64,000 nt of DNA from Acutalibacteraceae bacterium (GCA_045634645.1 JAZRAQ010000006.1:10365-74364), one strand, 5' to 3'; positions 9,151 through 18,793 are shown, counted from the stretch's first letter. Numbers and translations: made by a program. Notes: generated by a model from the letters alone, not told the origin.

Positions 9151-10007
9151 GCGAAAAGCAAAATCTTTCCTGTGCATTATGCCACGCTTATCTTTTCGAT
9201 GAAGACGATGTGGTATATTGCCCAGAATGTGGTGCGCCCCACCACAGAGAATGCTATAATTCAATAAACCACTGCGCTTTAGAGCAGTTACACGGAACAG
9301 ACCGTCAGTATGATATTTTAAAACGCAAGTCAGAAGAAGAAAAAAAAGAAGATAAAAAAAGTAACCCCGCTAAAGAACAAAAACCTTTCTCCACCAACTT
9401 TAACGATGGTATTTATATCGACCTTTTAGGCGGTATACCAAAAGACTATTTGCTTGACGAAAATGTAACTGCCGAAGATGCAAAAAACTTTGTATTGTCC
9501 AACACTATGCGATATATCCCAAAGTTTGCAAAGCTCGGAAAAGAAAATAAAATTTCGTGGAACTTTTTGGCATTTTTATTCCCTTGCAGTTGGTTTTTAT
9601 CGAGAAAAATGTATAAAAACGGTATTATTGCAGGACTTTTAACCGTTATTTCTTCCCTTTTTTCATTGCCCTTTAACAATGCAATTATAAACCTTGGGCT
9701 TGTTGATAATGATTCATATTATCAAATTGCTCAAAACATAACCGCCAATTTCGACAAAATAAATATAAGTATCATTTTAGTCGCATTTATAGGTATGTGG
9801 CTAAATTTAGGACTTCGTTTAGTTTGTGCGCTTTTTGGGGATTATTGGTATAAAAAGCATACCGTTTCAACCATACAGCAATTAAAAACCGAAAGCGACG
9901 ATTTACAAGCCGACTACCGCAAAAAAGGCGGAGTTAATTTAATTTTATTTATTTTAGGCTACCTTGCAGTTCAGTATATACCACTTATAATATCAACATT
10001 TATTTAA
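9147..10007 (+). CDS. Membrane protein with an N-terminal Cys/His zinc-finger and a DUF2628-like TM domain
   Basis: N-terminal CALCHAYLFDEDDVVYCPECGAPHHRECYNSINHC, a KE-rich linker, then a multi-TM region with WNFLAFLFPCSWFLSRKMYKNGI. Confidence 0.55.
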   Translation: MSEKQNLSCALCHAYLFDEDDVVYCPECGAPHHRECYNSINHCALEQLHGTDRQYDILKRKSEEEKKEDKKSNPAKEQKPFSTNFNDGIYIDLLGGIPKDYLLDENVTAEDAKNFVLSNTMRYIPKFAKLGKENKISWNFLAFLFPCSWFLSRKMYKNGIIAGLLTVISSLFSLPFNNAIINLGLVDNDSYYQIAQNITANFDKINISIILVAFIGMWLNLGLRLVCALFGDYWYKKHTVSTIQQLKTESDDLQADYRKKGGVNLILFILGYLAVQYIPLIISTFI

Positions 10008-10021
10008 AAGAAGGTGTCTTT

Positions 10022-10891
10022 ATGAAAATCAGAAAAGCTATAATCCCCGCTGCAGGACTTGGAACAAGAGTATTGCCCGCATCAAAATCTTGTCCGAAAG
10101 AAATGCTTCCAATCGTGGACAAGCCTGCTATTCAATACATAGTTGAAGAAGCCGTAAAAGCAGGTATTACCGATATTTTGATTATCACTAACCGTGGCAA
10201 AGGCATTATTGAAGACCATTTTGACCATTCGGTTGAATTGGAAAATATGCTTGAAAAACGTGGCAGAACAGACACCTTAAAAGAATTAAACGACCTTGCA
10301 AACATGGCTAACATTTACTATTTACGCCAAAAAGAAACACGCGGTTTGGGTGACGCTGTATTAAGAGCTAAACAATTTGTAGGCGACGAACCTTTTGCTG
10401 TTTTGTACGGTGACGATGTTATAATTGGCGAAATCCCGGCTATTGGTGAACTAATTCAATCTTATGAGGCTTTCGGTAAAAGTGTTGTAGGTATTAAAGA
10501 AGTATCGGATGATTTGGTTGTTAAATATTCTTCTTTAAAAACCGAAAAGCTGAACGGTATCAATTATTCCGTAACCGATATGATTGAAAAGCCAACCTTA
10601 GAAACTAAATTTTCAAACTACTCTATTTTAGGCAGATGTGTGCTTGAAAACGAAATTTTTGATATTTTGGAGAAAACACCGCTTGGTGCCGGAAATGAAT
10701 TGCAATTAACCGATGCTATGGCTCAAATCGCACGCACAAAAGGCATGATTGGTGTTGACTTTAGCGGCACCCGTTATGATATGGGTAACAAATTCGGAAT
10801 TTTAAAGGCTAATATTGAAGTTGGCCTAACCCACCCCGAAACCAAGGACGAATTAAAAGAATACATTAAGGAATTGGCTAAAACTTTATAA
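10022..10891 (+). CDS. galU: UTP--glucose-1-phosphate uridylyltransferase
   Basis: KAIIPAAGLGTRVLPASKSCPKEMLPIVDKPAIQYIVEEA is the canonical GalU N-terminus. VLYGDD motif present. Confidence 0.93.
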   Translation: MKIRKAIIPAAGLGTRVLPASKSCPKEMLPIVDKPAIQYIVEEAVKAGITDILIITNRGKGIIEDHFDHSVELENMLEKRGRTDTLKELNDLANMANIYYLRQKETRGLGDAVLRAKQFVGDEPFAVLYGDDVIIGEIPAIGELIQSYEAFGKSVVGIKEVSDDLVVKYSSLKTEKLNGINYSVTDMIEKPTLETKFSNYSILGRCVLENEIFDILEKTPLGAGNELQLTDAMAQIARTKGMIGVDFSGTRYDMGNKFGILKANIEVGLTHPETKDELKEYIKELAKTL

Positions 10892-11568
10892 TGTCGTACA
10901 CTTCAATTTTTCTTGATTTGGATAACACTCTGCTTGATTTTAACAAAGCGGAATATTTTGCCGCACAAAGTCTTTTTAAAAAGCATAATTTGCCTTTTGA
11001 TGATGACGCCTTAAAAACCTATTCAAAAATAAATCTTTCTTTTTGGAAACGATTTGAACGCGGTGAAATAAAAAGAGAAGATATTTTTGAAAACCGCTTT
11101 ATAGAATTTTGCAAATATTACGGTAAAACTGCAAATACGAAACAAATGGCACCCGAGTACTTTGAATTTTTATCCCAAGGTTATTACATAATCGATAGTG
11201 CTATACAAGTTTTGGAATATCTAAAAGCTAAAAATTATAAACTATACGCTACCACAAACGGTGTTGCCCTTACTCAATATCGCCGTATTAAAGAATCAGG
11301 ATTGCAACCATATTTCGACAAAATTTTTATTTCGGAGGAAACGGGATTTCAAAAACCTGCAAAAGAATATTTTGACTTTGTAATAAAAAATATTCCCGAA
11401 AATGATAAAGAAAAAATCTTAATTGTCGGCGACTCTCAGAGTTCTGATATTTTAGGCGGTGTAAATTCAGGAATAGATACTTGTTGGTACAACCCAAAAA
11501 AAGAAATTGCAAAATATTATTCAAAATTTGAAATAACCGATTTGTTACAATTGAAAACAATATTATAA
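10891..11568 (+). CDS. HAD-superfamily hydrolase (YjjG-like nucleotidase subfamily)
   Basis: Motif I FLDLDNTLLDF, motif II TTNG, motif IV VGDSQSSDILGG. Confidence 0.75.
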   Translation: MSYTSIFLDLDNTLLDFNKAEYFAAQSLFKKHNLPFDDDALKTYSKINLSFWKRFERGEIKREDIFENRFIEFCKYYGKTANTKQMAPEYFEFLSQGYYIIDSAIQVLEYLKAKNYKLYATTNGVALTQYRRIKESGLQPYFDKIFISEETGFQKPAKEYFDFVIKNIPENDKEKILIVGDSQSSDILGGVNSGIDTCWYNPKKEIAKYYSKFEITDLLQLKTIL

Positions 11569-11570
11569 TG

Positions 11571-11600
11571 AAAGAGATGCGAATTTATCGCATCTCTTTT
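11571..11600. terminator. Bidirectional terminator hairpin
   Basis: AAAGAGATGCGA ... TCGCATCTCTTT perfect stem between convergent genes. Confidence 0.8.
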
Positions 11601-11601
11601 G

Positions 11602-12414
11602 CTATAACAGATAATCTGGTAAATCTCTAATGTAAGTTTGTTTTGGTTGGATTTTTGGTTTACTTTTAATAGTCGGTTTTTTATCAAACTTTCCAAGTGC
11701 GAAAGATTTTGGCGAAATTCCCGTCACCCTTTTAAACGCATAAGAAAAATATGACTGGCTGGAAAACTCTAAAATTTCTGCCACTTTAGTTATACTTTCA
11801 CCCGCAAGCAAAAATTCCTTTGCTTTATTCACTTTTAAATTTAAATAATATTCATGAGCCCCAATATTTGCATATTTAGAAAAAATACGCTTTAAATGAG
11901 AAAGACTTATATTAAGCATATCGGCCAATTCATCAACCGAAAAAGTAGACATCATGTATTTGTTCATTATGCCAATCGACTTTTTGAATAAAATTGTATC
12001 GCGCTCTTCAGCTGGCAAAAGATTACTTTCATTTGTAGCACAAAAACTCAAGCAAATTTCTAATGCCGATTGCATATCAAATATATAATTTTGGTTCGCC
12101 TCACAAAGCGAAGAAAACAACCTGCTTTCTTCTTCATCAAGTTTTAAAGTCTTTCCTCTCAAATCATAAAGTTGATTATCGTTTGAACTAAAATCGAATA
12201 TTTTATAATCTGCATTATCTTTTGAATTTACATAATAAAAATCCTCAGGAGAAATTATCAATGCGCTAAAAGGTGTTAAAAAATATACGGAGTCATTCAA
12301 AGTTACTGTTAGCTCGCCCGACAGCAAATAAAGCAGTTTCCAATTTTTTTCGCCTATCAGCATATTAAACTCATCTATTTTATCATTTTGTGAAATGAAT
12401 TCTATGTTCATCAT
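11602..12414 (-). CDS. AraC family transcriptional regulator (cupin-like N-domain plus C-terminal HTH)
   Basis: C-terminal dual HTH (VDELADMLNISLSHLKRIFSKY ... ITKVAEILEFSSQSYFSYAFKRVTGISP). Confidence 0.85.
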   Translation of the reverse strand: MMNIEFISQNDKIDEFNMLIGEKNWKLLYLLSGELTVTLNDSVYFLTPFSALIISPEDFYYVNSKDNADYKIFDFSSNDNQLYDLRGKTLKLDEEESRLFSSLCEANQNYIFDMQSALEICLSFCATNESNLLPAEERDTILFKKSIGIMNKYMMSTFSVDELADMLNISLSHLKRIFSKYANIGAHEYYLNLKVNKAKEFLLAGESITKVAEILEFSSQSYFSYAFKRVTGISPKSFALGKFDKKPTIKSKPKIQPKQTYIRDLPDYLL

Positions 12415-12464
12415 TTTTGCACCGTCCTTAAACTATAATGTGTATTTTATTAGATTATAGTTCA

Positions 12465-12492
12465 ATTATATCACATATTAACTATTTGTCAA
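12465..12492 (-). promoter_or_regulatory. Sigma-A-type promoter for the AraC gene
   Basis: Minus strand TTGACA (12492-12487), 16-nt spacer, TATAAT (12470-12465). Confidence 0.6.
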
Positions 12493-12494
12493 TA

Positions 12495-12530
12495 TATAAA
12501 AATTCCGTACAGAACACTGTACGGAATTTT
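12495..12530 (-). terminator. Terminator closing the BMC operon (after pduL)
   Basis: AATTCCGTACAG-AACA-CTGTACGGAATT 12-bp stem with a T-run on the minus strand, directly after the pduL stop. Confidence 0.8.
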
Positions 12531-12533
12531 AAA

Positions 12534-13181
12534 TTATTTAACTATCTTTACTTTAAAACCATTGCCTATACCTGCGGCATTCGCATCGTCAGTATCAATG
12601 TGCATTTCAAGTCTGAATGCTTTATTGACACGAACCTGAACATCATAGAATGTAGTTCTTCTCTCTCCTTCAATTTCAACCGTTACATAATCTCCATCGT
12701 TGAGGCCGAACTGTTTGCCCTCTTCGTCACTCATATGTATATGACGGTTAGCAATTATACAACCCTCTTTAAGAGTTACTGTGCCTTTAGGTCCGATAAT
12801 TGTTATCGGCGCAGAGCCTTTAATATCACCCGACTCGCGTACAGGAGGTTTAACCTTTAATGTAAAAGAGTCGGTACGGGAAATTTCAACCTGAGATTCC
12901 TTACGGATTGGTCCCAAAACTCTTACACCCTCAATAGCGCGAAGTGAAGGACCGATAATTGTCAACTGCTCTTTACAAGCAAACTGACCAGGTTGTGACA
13001 AATCCTTAATAGGTGTTAATTCGTATCCTTTGCCGAAAAGAATTTCCAAATGCTCGGCACTTAAATGTATATGACGGTTTGAAACGCCCACCGGAACGGT
13101 ATCATTGCTATTCCCGCCATTTTGACACTGAGCAATAACACGATTTACTATCTCGGCTACTAATTGTGCATCATAAGCCAT
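12534..13181 (-). CDS. pduL: Phosphate propanoyltransferase PduL
   Basis: Duplicated PduL signature (VGVSNRHIHLS and ANRHIHMS). N-terminal amphipathic helix AQLVAEIVNRVIAQ followed by a G/N/S linker. Confidence 0.9.
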   Translation of the reverse strand: MAYDAQLVAEIVNRVIAQCQNGGNSNDTVPVGVSNRHIHLSAEHLEILFGKGYELTPIKDLSQPGQFACKEQLTIIGPSLRAIEGVRVLGPIRKESQVEISRTDSFTLKVKPPVRESGDIKGSAPITIIGPKGTVTLKEGCIIANRHIHMSDEEGKQFGLNDGDYVTVEIEGERRTTFYDVQVRVNKAFRLEMHIDTDDANAAGIGNGFKVKIVK

Positions 13182-13197
13182 AATTCATACCTCGCAA

Positions 13198-14640
13198 TTA
13201 AATGATTCTAAAGCTGTCTGCCATTACGCAACGGCGTTGACGAGTAAAACTACGGGCAGAAGTTATACCCTCACCTGTTGGACCTGCAATTGTAAATGTT
13301 GCATGACCTTCACCGCCGAAACCGATACCTGCATAAGAAGGTGCATTCTTAACGAAAATTGTAGTTTCAACTGCACGTGCAAAAGCAGACAAATGGTCAA
13401 TATTTTTTGAGTGCATGTGTGCAGTATGGCGATTGCCGTGTTCTGCTTTAACTGCCAATTCAATAGCTTGTTCAATATTATCAACACGAACGATAGGAAG
13501 AATAGGCATCATAAGTTCTTCTTGAACAAAAGGATGATTGAAATCGGTTTCGCAAATAATACAACGAATGTCCTTACTTACGTTTATACCTATTTTTGCA
13601 AGAATTACATCCGCATCTCTGCCAACACAGTCGCGGTTAACAATCTTTTTAACATTTCCTTTCTTGTCTTTTTTATCAACAAGAACTATATCTGCCAACT
13701 TATTAGCCTGCTCAGCATTTATCATATAGGCGCCGTTTTTAAGCATTGAGGAGATTAACTCATCTGCTATATTGCGGAAAGCAAAAACTTCTTTTTCTGC
13801 GATACAAGGTAGGTTGTTATCAAAGGTGCAACCGTCAATAATATCCTTACCCGCCTTTGCAATATCTGCAGTATCGTCTACGATAACAGGTGGGTTGCCT
13901 GCGCCCGCGCCGATTGCCTTTTTACCTGAAGAAAGCACTGCTTTAACAACGCCGGGACCGCCTGTGCATACGAGCAAACGAACAAGCGGATGTGACTGCA
14001 TAATCGCTGCAGATTCCAAAGTAGGTTTAACCATTGAGCAAACCAAAACCTCAGGGCCGCCTGCAGCCTTAGAAGCGCGGTTTACAAGGTCTACTGCATA
14101 GTTAGAGGTGGCGATTGCATTTGGGTGTGGGTTGAAAACAACGCCATTACCTGCAGCAATCATACCGATACTGTTACAAATTACAGTTTCACTTGGATTG
14201 GTACTTGGTGTTATAGCGCCAACTACACCAAACGGCGCCATTTCTACCAAAGTAAGACCGCTATCACCTGTTTTAGCATTTGAAAGAATATCCTCGGTAC
14301 CAGGGGTTTTATCTGCAACCAAGATATGCTTTAAGCGTTTATGCTCTACCTTACCCATTCCTGTTTCGCTAACGCCTAATTGAGCCATAATCGGAGCTTC
14401 TGCTCGGGTTAAACGGCGAATTTCAGTAATAATAGCCTCTCTTTTTTCAACCGACATTGCACGAACAGCTAAATAAGCCTTTTGAACCTCGGCAATAGCA
14501 TCATTCATATCTGCATAAACACCAACAAACTTACGGGGACCGTAATGTGTGCTGTCCCAATCGGTTGTGTTTCCAGTTTGCATTTTATTAAGCACAAGGC
14601 TTACTACCTCGCGAATTTCAGCTTCAGAAATATTAGCCAT
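13198..14640 (-). CDS. pduP: CoA-acylating (propion)aldehyde dehydrogenase, PduP/EutE-like
   Basis: ALDH fold with catalytic Cys context NNLPCIAEKE. N-terminal helix EAEIREVVSLVLNKM. Length 480 aa. Confidence 0.88.
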   Translation of the reverse strand: MANISEAEIREVVSLVLNKMQTGNTTDWDSTHYGPRKFVGVYADMNDAIAEVQKAYLAVRAMSVEKREAIITEIRRLTRAEAPIMAQLGVSETGMGKVEHKRLKHILVADKTPGTEDILSNAKTGDSGLTLVEMAPFGVVGAITPSTNPSETVICNSIGMIAAGNGVVFNPHPNAIATSNYAVDLVNRASKAAGGPEVLVCSMVKPTLESAAIMQSHPLVRLLVCTGGPGVVKAVLSSGKKAIGAGAGNPPVIVDDTADIAKAGKDIIDGCTFDNNLPCIAEKEVFAFRNIADELISSMLKNGAYMINAEQANKLADIVLVDKKDKKGNVKKIVNRDCVGRDADVILAKIGINVSKDIRCIICETDFNHPFVQEELMMPILPIVRVDNIEQAIELAVKAEHGNRHTAHMHSKNIDHLSAFARAVETTIFVKNAPSYAGIGFGGEGHATFTIAGPTGEGITSARSFTRQRRCVMADSFRII

Positions 14641-14646
14641 ACTTAA

Positions 14647-15840
14647 TTACTCCTTACAAAATTTTGCGGTATCTAACGCAATCATATATTCCTCATTGGT
14701 AGGTATTACCAATGTTTTAACCTTTGCATTTTTAGCCGAAATATCTGCATCAACACCTCTGGTTTGGTTTAATTCATTATCAATTTCAATACCAAAGAAG
14801 TCCATATTTTCGCAAACCTCTTGTCTTAACCAAGCGCTGTTTTCACCGATACCTGCAGTGAAAACTAATGCGTCAATTCCGTTTAATTCGGCAATATAAC
14901 TGCCTACTATCTTTTTGATACTGTTCACAAGTATCTTTTGAGCAAGTCTTGCTCTGTAATCACCTGAATTTGCAGCGTCTGTAACCTTACGGCAGTCGTT
15001 TGAAATACCGCTCACGCCCAAAAGACCGGATTTGCGGTTTAATATATCTTCAATCTCATCAGCGTTTAGGTTTTTAGTTTTCATAATATAAGGGATAACT
15101 GTTGGGTCGATACTTCCGCTTCTTGTACCCATTGGAAGTCCTTCTTGTGGGGTGAAACCCATTGAAGTATCAATTGCAATTCCCTTATCAACCGCTGTAA
15201 TTGAAGAACCGTTACCCAAGTGACAAGTAATAATTTTAAGTTCTTCGATAGGTTTTCCTAACATTTCTGCCGCTTTAGCCGAAACATAGCGGTGAGAAGT
15301 GCCGTGGAAACCGTAACGGCGGATTTTATTTTCAGTATAAAATTCATAAGGTATCGGGTATATAGTACGAAAATCTTCCATTTGTGAATAGAAAGAGGTG
15401 TCAAACACCGCAACCTGAGGAACTTCTTTCATAAGTCTTCTGCAAGCGTTAATACCCTTAATTGCCGGAGGTCCGTGCAAGGGATTAATCGGCACAATGC
15501 CTTCAAGATACTCGATTGCCTCATCATCAATAAGCGAAGATGCCTTGAATTTTTCGCCGCCGTGAGCCACTCTGTGACCTACAGCACCAATTTCATCAAT
15601 ACTTGCAATCACACCGTATTCCTTGCTAACAAGCAAATCAAGAACTATTGAAAGTGCTTTTTCGTGGTCAGCAAGTTCTACCTGCATCTCGTGTTTTTTA
15701 TCGCCGTATTTATGGGTTACAGAACCCATCTTATCGCCGATACATTCACAAAGTCCCTTTGCTAAAACATCGCCTGTTTGCATATCAAACAATTGATACT
15801 TAAGCGAAGAACTACCTGCATTAACTACCAAAATTTTCAT
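14647..15840 (-). CDS. ackA: Acetate/propionate kinase
   Basis: MKILVVNAGSSSLKYQLF start and ASKHA motifs (HRVAHGG, FHGTSH). RBS GGAGG. Confidence 0.92.
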   Translation of the reverse strand: MKILVVNAGSSSLKYQLFDMQTGDVLAKGLCECIGDKMGSVTHKYGDKKHEMQVELADHEKALSIVLDLLVSKEYGVIASIDEIGAVGHRVAHGGEKFKASSLIDDEAIEYLEGIVPINPLHGPPAIKGINACRRLMKEVPQVAVFDTSFYSQMEDFRTIYPIPYEFYTENKIRRYGFHGTSHRYVSAKAAEMLGKPIEELKIITCHLGNGSSITAVDKGIAIDTSMGFTPQEGLPMGTRSGSIDPTVIPYIMKTKNLNADEIEDILNRKSGLLGVSGISNDCRKVTDAANSGDYRARLAQKILVNSIKKIVGSYIAELNGIDALVFTAGIGENSAWLRQEVCENMDFFGIEIDNELNQTRGVDADISAKNAKVKTLVIPTNEEYMIALDTAKFCKE

Positions 15841-15851
15841 ACCAAAACCTC

Positions 15852-16610
15852 CTAGTAAACTAATTCTACGCCCTTATCTTTAAAATACTCTACCCATTTT
15901 TCAGAAGGTTGTTCATCAGTTACTACTGTATCAATATCATTTAATTCACACACGTGAACAAAAGAAATTTTATCAAACTTAGTACCATCTACTGCGAGAA
16001 TTTTGCGGCTTGCGGCTGAGAATATAGCACCTTTAATTTCTGAATCTTTTTCATTAGAATCAGTAACGCCCATATTCATATCAATACCCTTTGAAGAGCA
16101 AATTGCCAAATCAACATGAAAGCCTCTAATCATTCGCTCGGCAGAGGCTCCTACCAAGGATAGCGCTCCTTTTTTAAGCGAACCGCCGGTTGAAAGAATT
16201 TTCCAATCGCTTTTATCAGCCAATTCTATTAATATTTCAACCGAATTTGTTATCAAGGTAATATCTTTTTTATTAGTTATAGCCTTCGCCACATAGATTG
16301 CAGTGGAACTTGCATCAAGCATTATATAGTCGCCGTCATTAATCATTTGAGCAATTGTTTCAGCGATTTTTTGCTTCCGCTCTACATTAGCGCGCTTACG
16401 CACATTAAAAGGCAAATCAACATTCAAATTCTGATTTATTACCGCGCCGCCGTAGGTCTTGGTAGCAAGACCTTCATTGTCAAGTTTTTCAAGGTCACGG
16501 CGAATAGTTTCTTCAGTAACATCAAACTCACGGCTTAAATCTGTAACGATTACTTTGCCTTCGGCATTCAATTTCGCAAGTATTGCATTACGTCGTTCTA
16601 TCGCGAGCAT
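15852..16610 (-). CDS. DeoR/GlpR family transcriptional regulator embedded in the BMC operon
   Basis: N-terminal wHTH (ERRNAILAKLNAEGKVIVTDLSREFDVTEETIRRDLEKL) plus a sugar-phosphate-binding C-domain. ATG at 16610 lies 8 nt after AAGGAG; the track start at 16616 is a TTG. Confidence 0.88.
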   Translation of the reverse strand: MLAIERRNAILAKLNAEGKVIVTDLSREFDVTEETIRRDLEKLDNEGLATKTYGGAVINQNLNVDLPFNVRKRANVERKQKIAETIAQMINDGDYIMLDASSTAIYVAKAITNKKDITLITNSVEILIELADKSDWKILSTGGSLKKGALSLVGASAERMIRGFHVDLAICSSKGIDMNMGVTDSNEKDSEIKGAIFSAASRKILAVDGTKFDKISFVHVCELNDIDTVVTDEQPSEKWVEYFKDKGVELVY

Positions 16611-16624
16611 ATTCAATACTCCTT

Positions 16625-17173
16625 TTAAAGAATTTTACTCCAGAATTTTTTATCGGGGCGGGGGATAACTGCGCTGTCCAAGAACATACCATTCTCGCCC
16701 GCGCCTTGTTTTGCGCGCTCGATAGCGGCCTCAACAGCGGCAATTTCGCCTGTTAAGAGTAAGTAAGATTTTCCGCACATACCGCGCGCCAAACGTAGTT
16801 CGATTAAATCTACAAGCGCAGTTTTTGCGGCAATATCTGCAGCAACTACTGCGGCAGATGCTGAAAATGTTTCCAACACACCCAATGCATTCGGGTTACC
16901 GATATCGGTAGCACCGTAAAGCGCTGAGAAAATTGAATCGTGCGGATTTCCTAAAACAAATGTATCAATCAACTGTTCGCTATCCTGTGCGGCAGCGGCT
17001 TCAACAGCAGCGTTAACTGCGCTTAAGTCACCACTTATAAGCGCCAAAAATTTACCGGGGCAAACAGTATCTGCCTGTAACAATTCCACCTCAGCGGTTT
17101 TAACCATACGGTCAGCCGCTCTCATACCGGAGGAAACCGTTTTCATTTCTATCATACCTATTGCTTTTTTCAT
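16625..17173 (-). CDS. pduT: Tandem-BMC-domain shell protein, PduT-like (BMC-T)
   Basis: 182 aa with two BMC domains. Conserved Cys in TVCPGKF corresponds to the PduT pore [4Fe-4S] ligand position. Confidence 0.85.
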   Translation of the reverse strand: MKKAIGMIEMKTVSSGMRAADRMVKTAEVELLQADTVCPGKFLALISGDLSAVNAAVEAAAAQDSEQLIDTFVLGNPHDSIFSALYGATDIGNPNALGVLETFSASAAVVAADIAAKTALVDLIELRLARGMCGKSYLLLTGEIAAVEAAIERAKQGAGENGMFLDSAVIPRPDKKFWSKIL

Positions 17174-17186
17174 TTCAAGTCCCCTC

Positions 17187-18515
17187 CTATTCCACGGAAA
17201 TTATTATATTCTTTTGGGTAACGTCTACAACCTTACCCGTAAGAGAAGCGTGTATTCCAACGCTTAAAGCATCATCCATCGGTTTTGCAATTAATTGTCC
17301 CTCAGTCACATTATCACCTTTTTTAACTATAGGCTTAGCAGGTGCGCCGATATGCTGTGACAAAGCAATTACAAGTCTTTTTACCTTAACCTGCTTTTCG
17401 GTTATGGGAGCAGATTTATTGTAAGGCTCAAGCCCTAATCTTGCTCTCAACCTTGAAACAGGTATCATTCGAAGCGGTCTTGTTGAGTCGACATCACTCA
17501 TATCAGGGTTTTGAGGCGGTTTTACACCGTTCTGTCTCAATACGCCCTTTGTAGCATTTAACAGTGCTCTTGGTGACAAACTTTGGTTGCAAGAGTATGC
17601 TTCACAAAGTCCGCAACCTGAACAAAATGCAGCATTTATATAAGGTGTTGCATCATTTGTTACCGAATGAGCGGCAGCGTTCATTAATGCGCTCGGATCA
17701 ATCGGGTGTCCTAAAAGGTGACGCGGGCAAAGCGAAGTGCAATAATTACACTGACAGCAAGCCGACATCGCTCTTCTAATGTCAATTGAAGTATTAGTTT
17801 GCTTTCTTTGTATCAAAGGCATATCCTTTGGCAAAACCAAAACCGCATTGGTTGTTTTAGTAACGGTTTGTGACGGAGAACCTAAAGTTCCCATCATTGG
17901 GCCGCCTAAAAGATACGCAGGGTCTTTAATAGTAACTCCTCCTGCCATATCTACAAGCTTTTCAATAGGTGTTCCGATAGGAGCATATACCGTAACGGGA
18001 TTTTTAACTTCTCCAATTACTGTTACATACTTGTGTGTAACGCCCTCTCCATTCATTGCTTTATATACATTGTAAACGGTTTCAACGTTAAGCACTGTAA
18101 CACCGACAGAAAGCGGTATCTGACCTGCGGGTACTACCCTACCGGTCGCTTCATAGGTAAGCACTACCTCATCTCCCGCGGGATAAATTTCAGGCAAGGT
18201 GCAAACCTTCATATTATTAAAGGAAGAAATTTCTGCATTAACGGCATCAACGGTTTCTTTATAAGAAGCCTTTATGCCTATTATGACATTTTCTACTCCT
18301 ACAATTTTCGAAATTTCATAAAGTGTACTTAAAATTTCATAAGTATACTTTTTAAGTACCTGACGGTGCAAGCGCAAAAGCGGCTCACATTCCGCGCAGT
18401 TTAAAATTAAAGTATCGGCTTTGGGTGACAATTTTGCGTATGTAGGGAAACCTGCGCCGCCCGCACCGACAACTCCTGCTTGTCGCAAAAGTTCTTTTAA
18501 TTCTTCGATATTCAT
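17187..18515 (-). CDS. pduS: PduS/RnfC-like flavin and 2x[4Fe-4S] oxidoreductase
   Basis: GVVGAGGAGFPT nucleotide-binding motif, two ferredoxin clusters (CCQCNYCTSLCP, CSGCGLCEAYSC) and a barrel-sandwich-like C-terminus. Confidence 0.85.
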   Translation of the reverse strand: MNIEELKELLRQAGVVGAGGAGFPTYAKLSPKADTLILNCAECEPLLRLHRQVLKKYTYEILSTLYEISKIVGVENVIIGIKASYKETVDAVNAEISSFNNMKVCTLPEIYPAGDEVVLTYEATGRVVPAGQIPLSVGVTVLNVETVYNVYKAMNGEGVTHKYVTVIGEVKNPVTVYAPIGTPIEKLVDMAGGVTIKDPAYLLGGPMMGTLGSPSQTVTKTTNAVLVLPKDMPLIQRKQTNTSIDIRRAMSACCQCNYCTSLCPRHLLGHPIDPSALMNAAAHSVTNDATPYINAAFCSGCGLCEAYSCNQSLSPRALLNATKGVLRQNGVKPPQNPDMSDVDSTRPLRMIPVSRLRARLGLEPYNKSAPITEKQVKVKRLVIALSQHIGAPAKPIVKKGDNVTEGQLIAKPMDDALSVGIHASLTGKVVDVTQKNIIISVE

Positions 18516-18793
18516 TAACCTATCACTCCGGCAAGGCCAGTACCGGCATCAATTATACCGACAATTGCCGCATCAACGGGAGATTCTGCCATATCGCAGC
18601 CAATTCTTGCAGCGCTTCCGGTAGCAACTAAAACAAGCTCACCGATACCTGCGCCGATATTATCAATAGCAACGATTTTTTTGTTTGGCTCACCCAATTC
18701 GGCAATGGGTTCTACAACCATAAATTTACAGCCGATAAGATTTTCGTTTTTTCGTGTGGAAACTACGCTTCCTACTACTTTTCCGACTATCAT
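18515..18793 (-). CDS. pduN: BMC vertex pentamer (EutN/CcmL/PduN family, BMC-P)
   Basis: MIVGKVVGSVVSTRK canonical N-terminus. ATG at 18793 lies 5 nt after AGGTGA; the track start at 18802 is a GTG. The stop overlaps the pduS start (TAATG). Confidence 0.88.
   Translation of the reverse strand: MIVGKVVGSVVSTRKNENLIGCKFMVVEPIAELGEPNKKIVAIDNIGAGIGELVLVATGSAARIGCDMAESPVDAAIVGIIDAGTGLAGVIG

Noticed and set aside
12438-12860. 140-aa plus-strand ORF
   Set aside because: It starts in the AraC/PduL intergenic promoter-terminator region and runs antisense through pduL. It has AT-rich codon junk composition.
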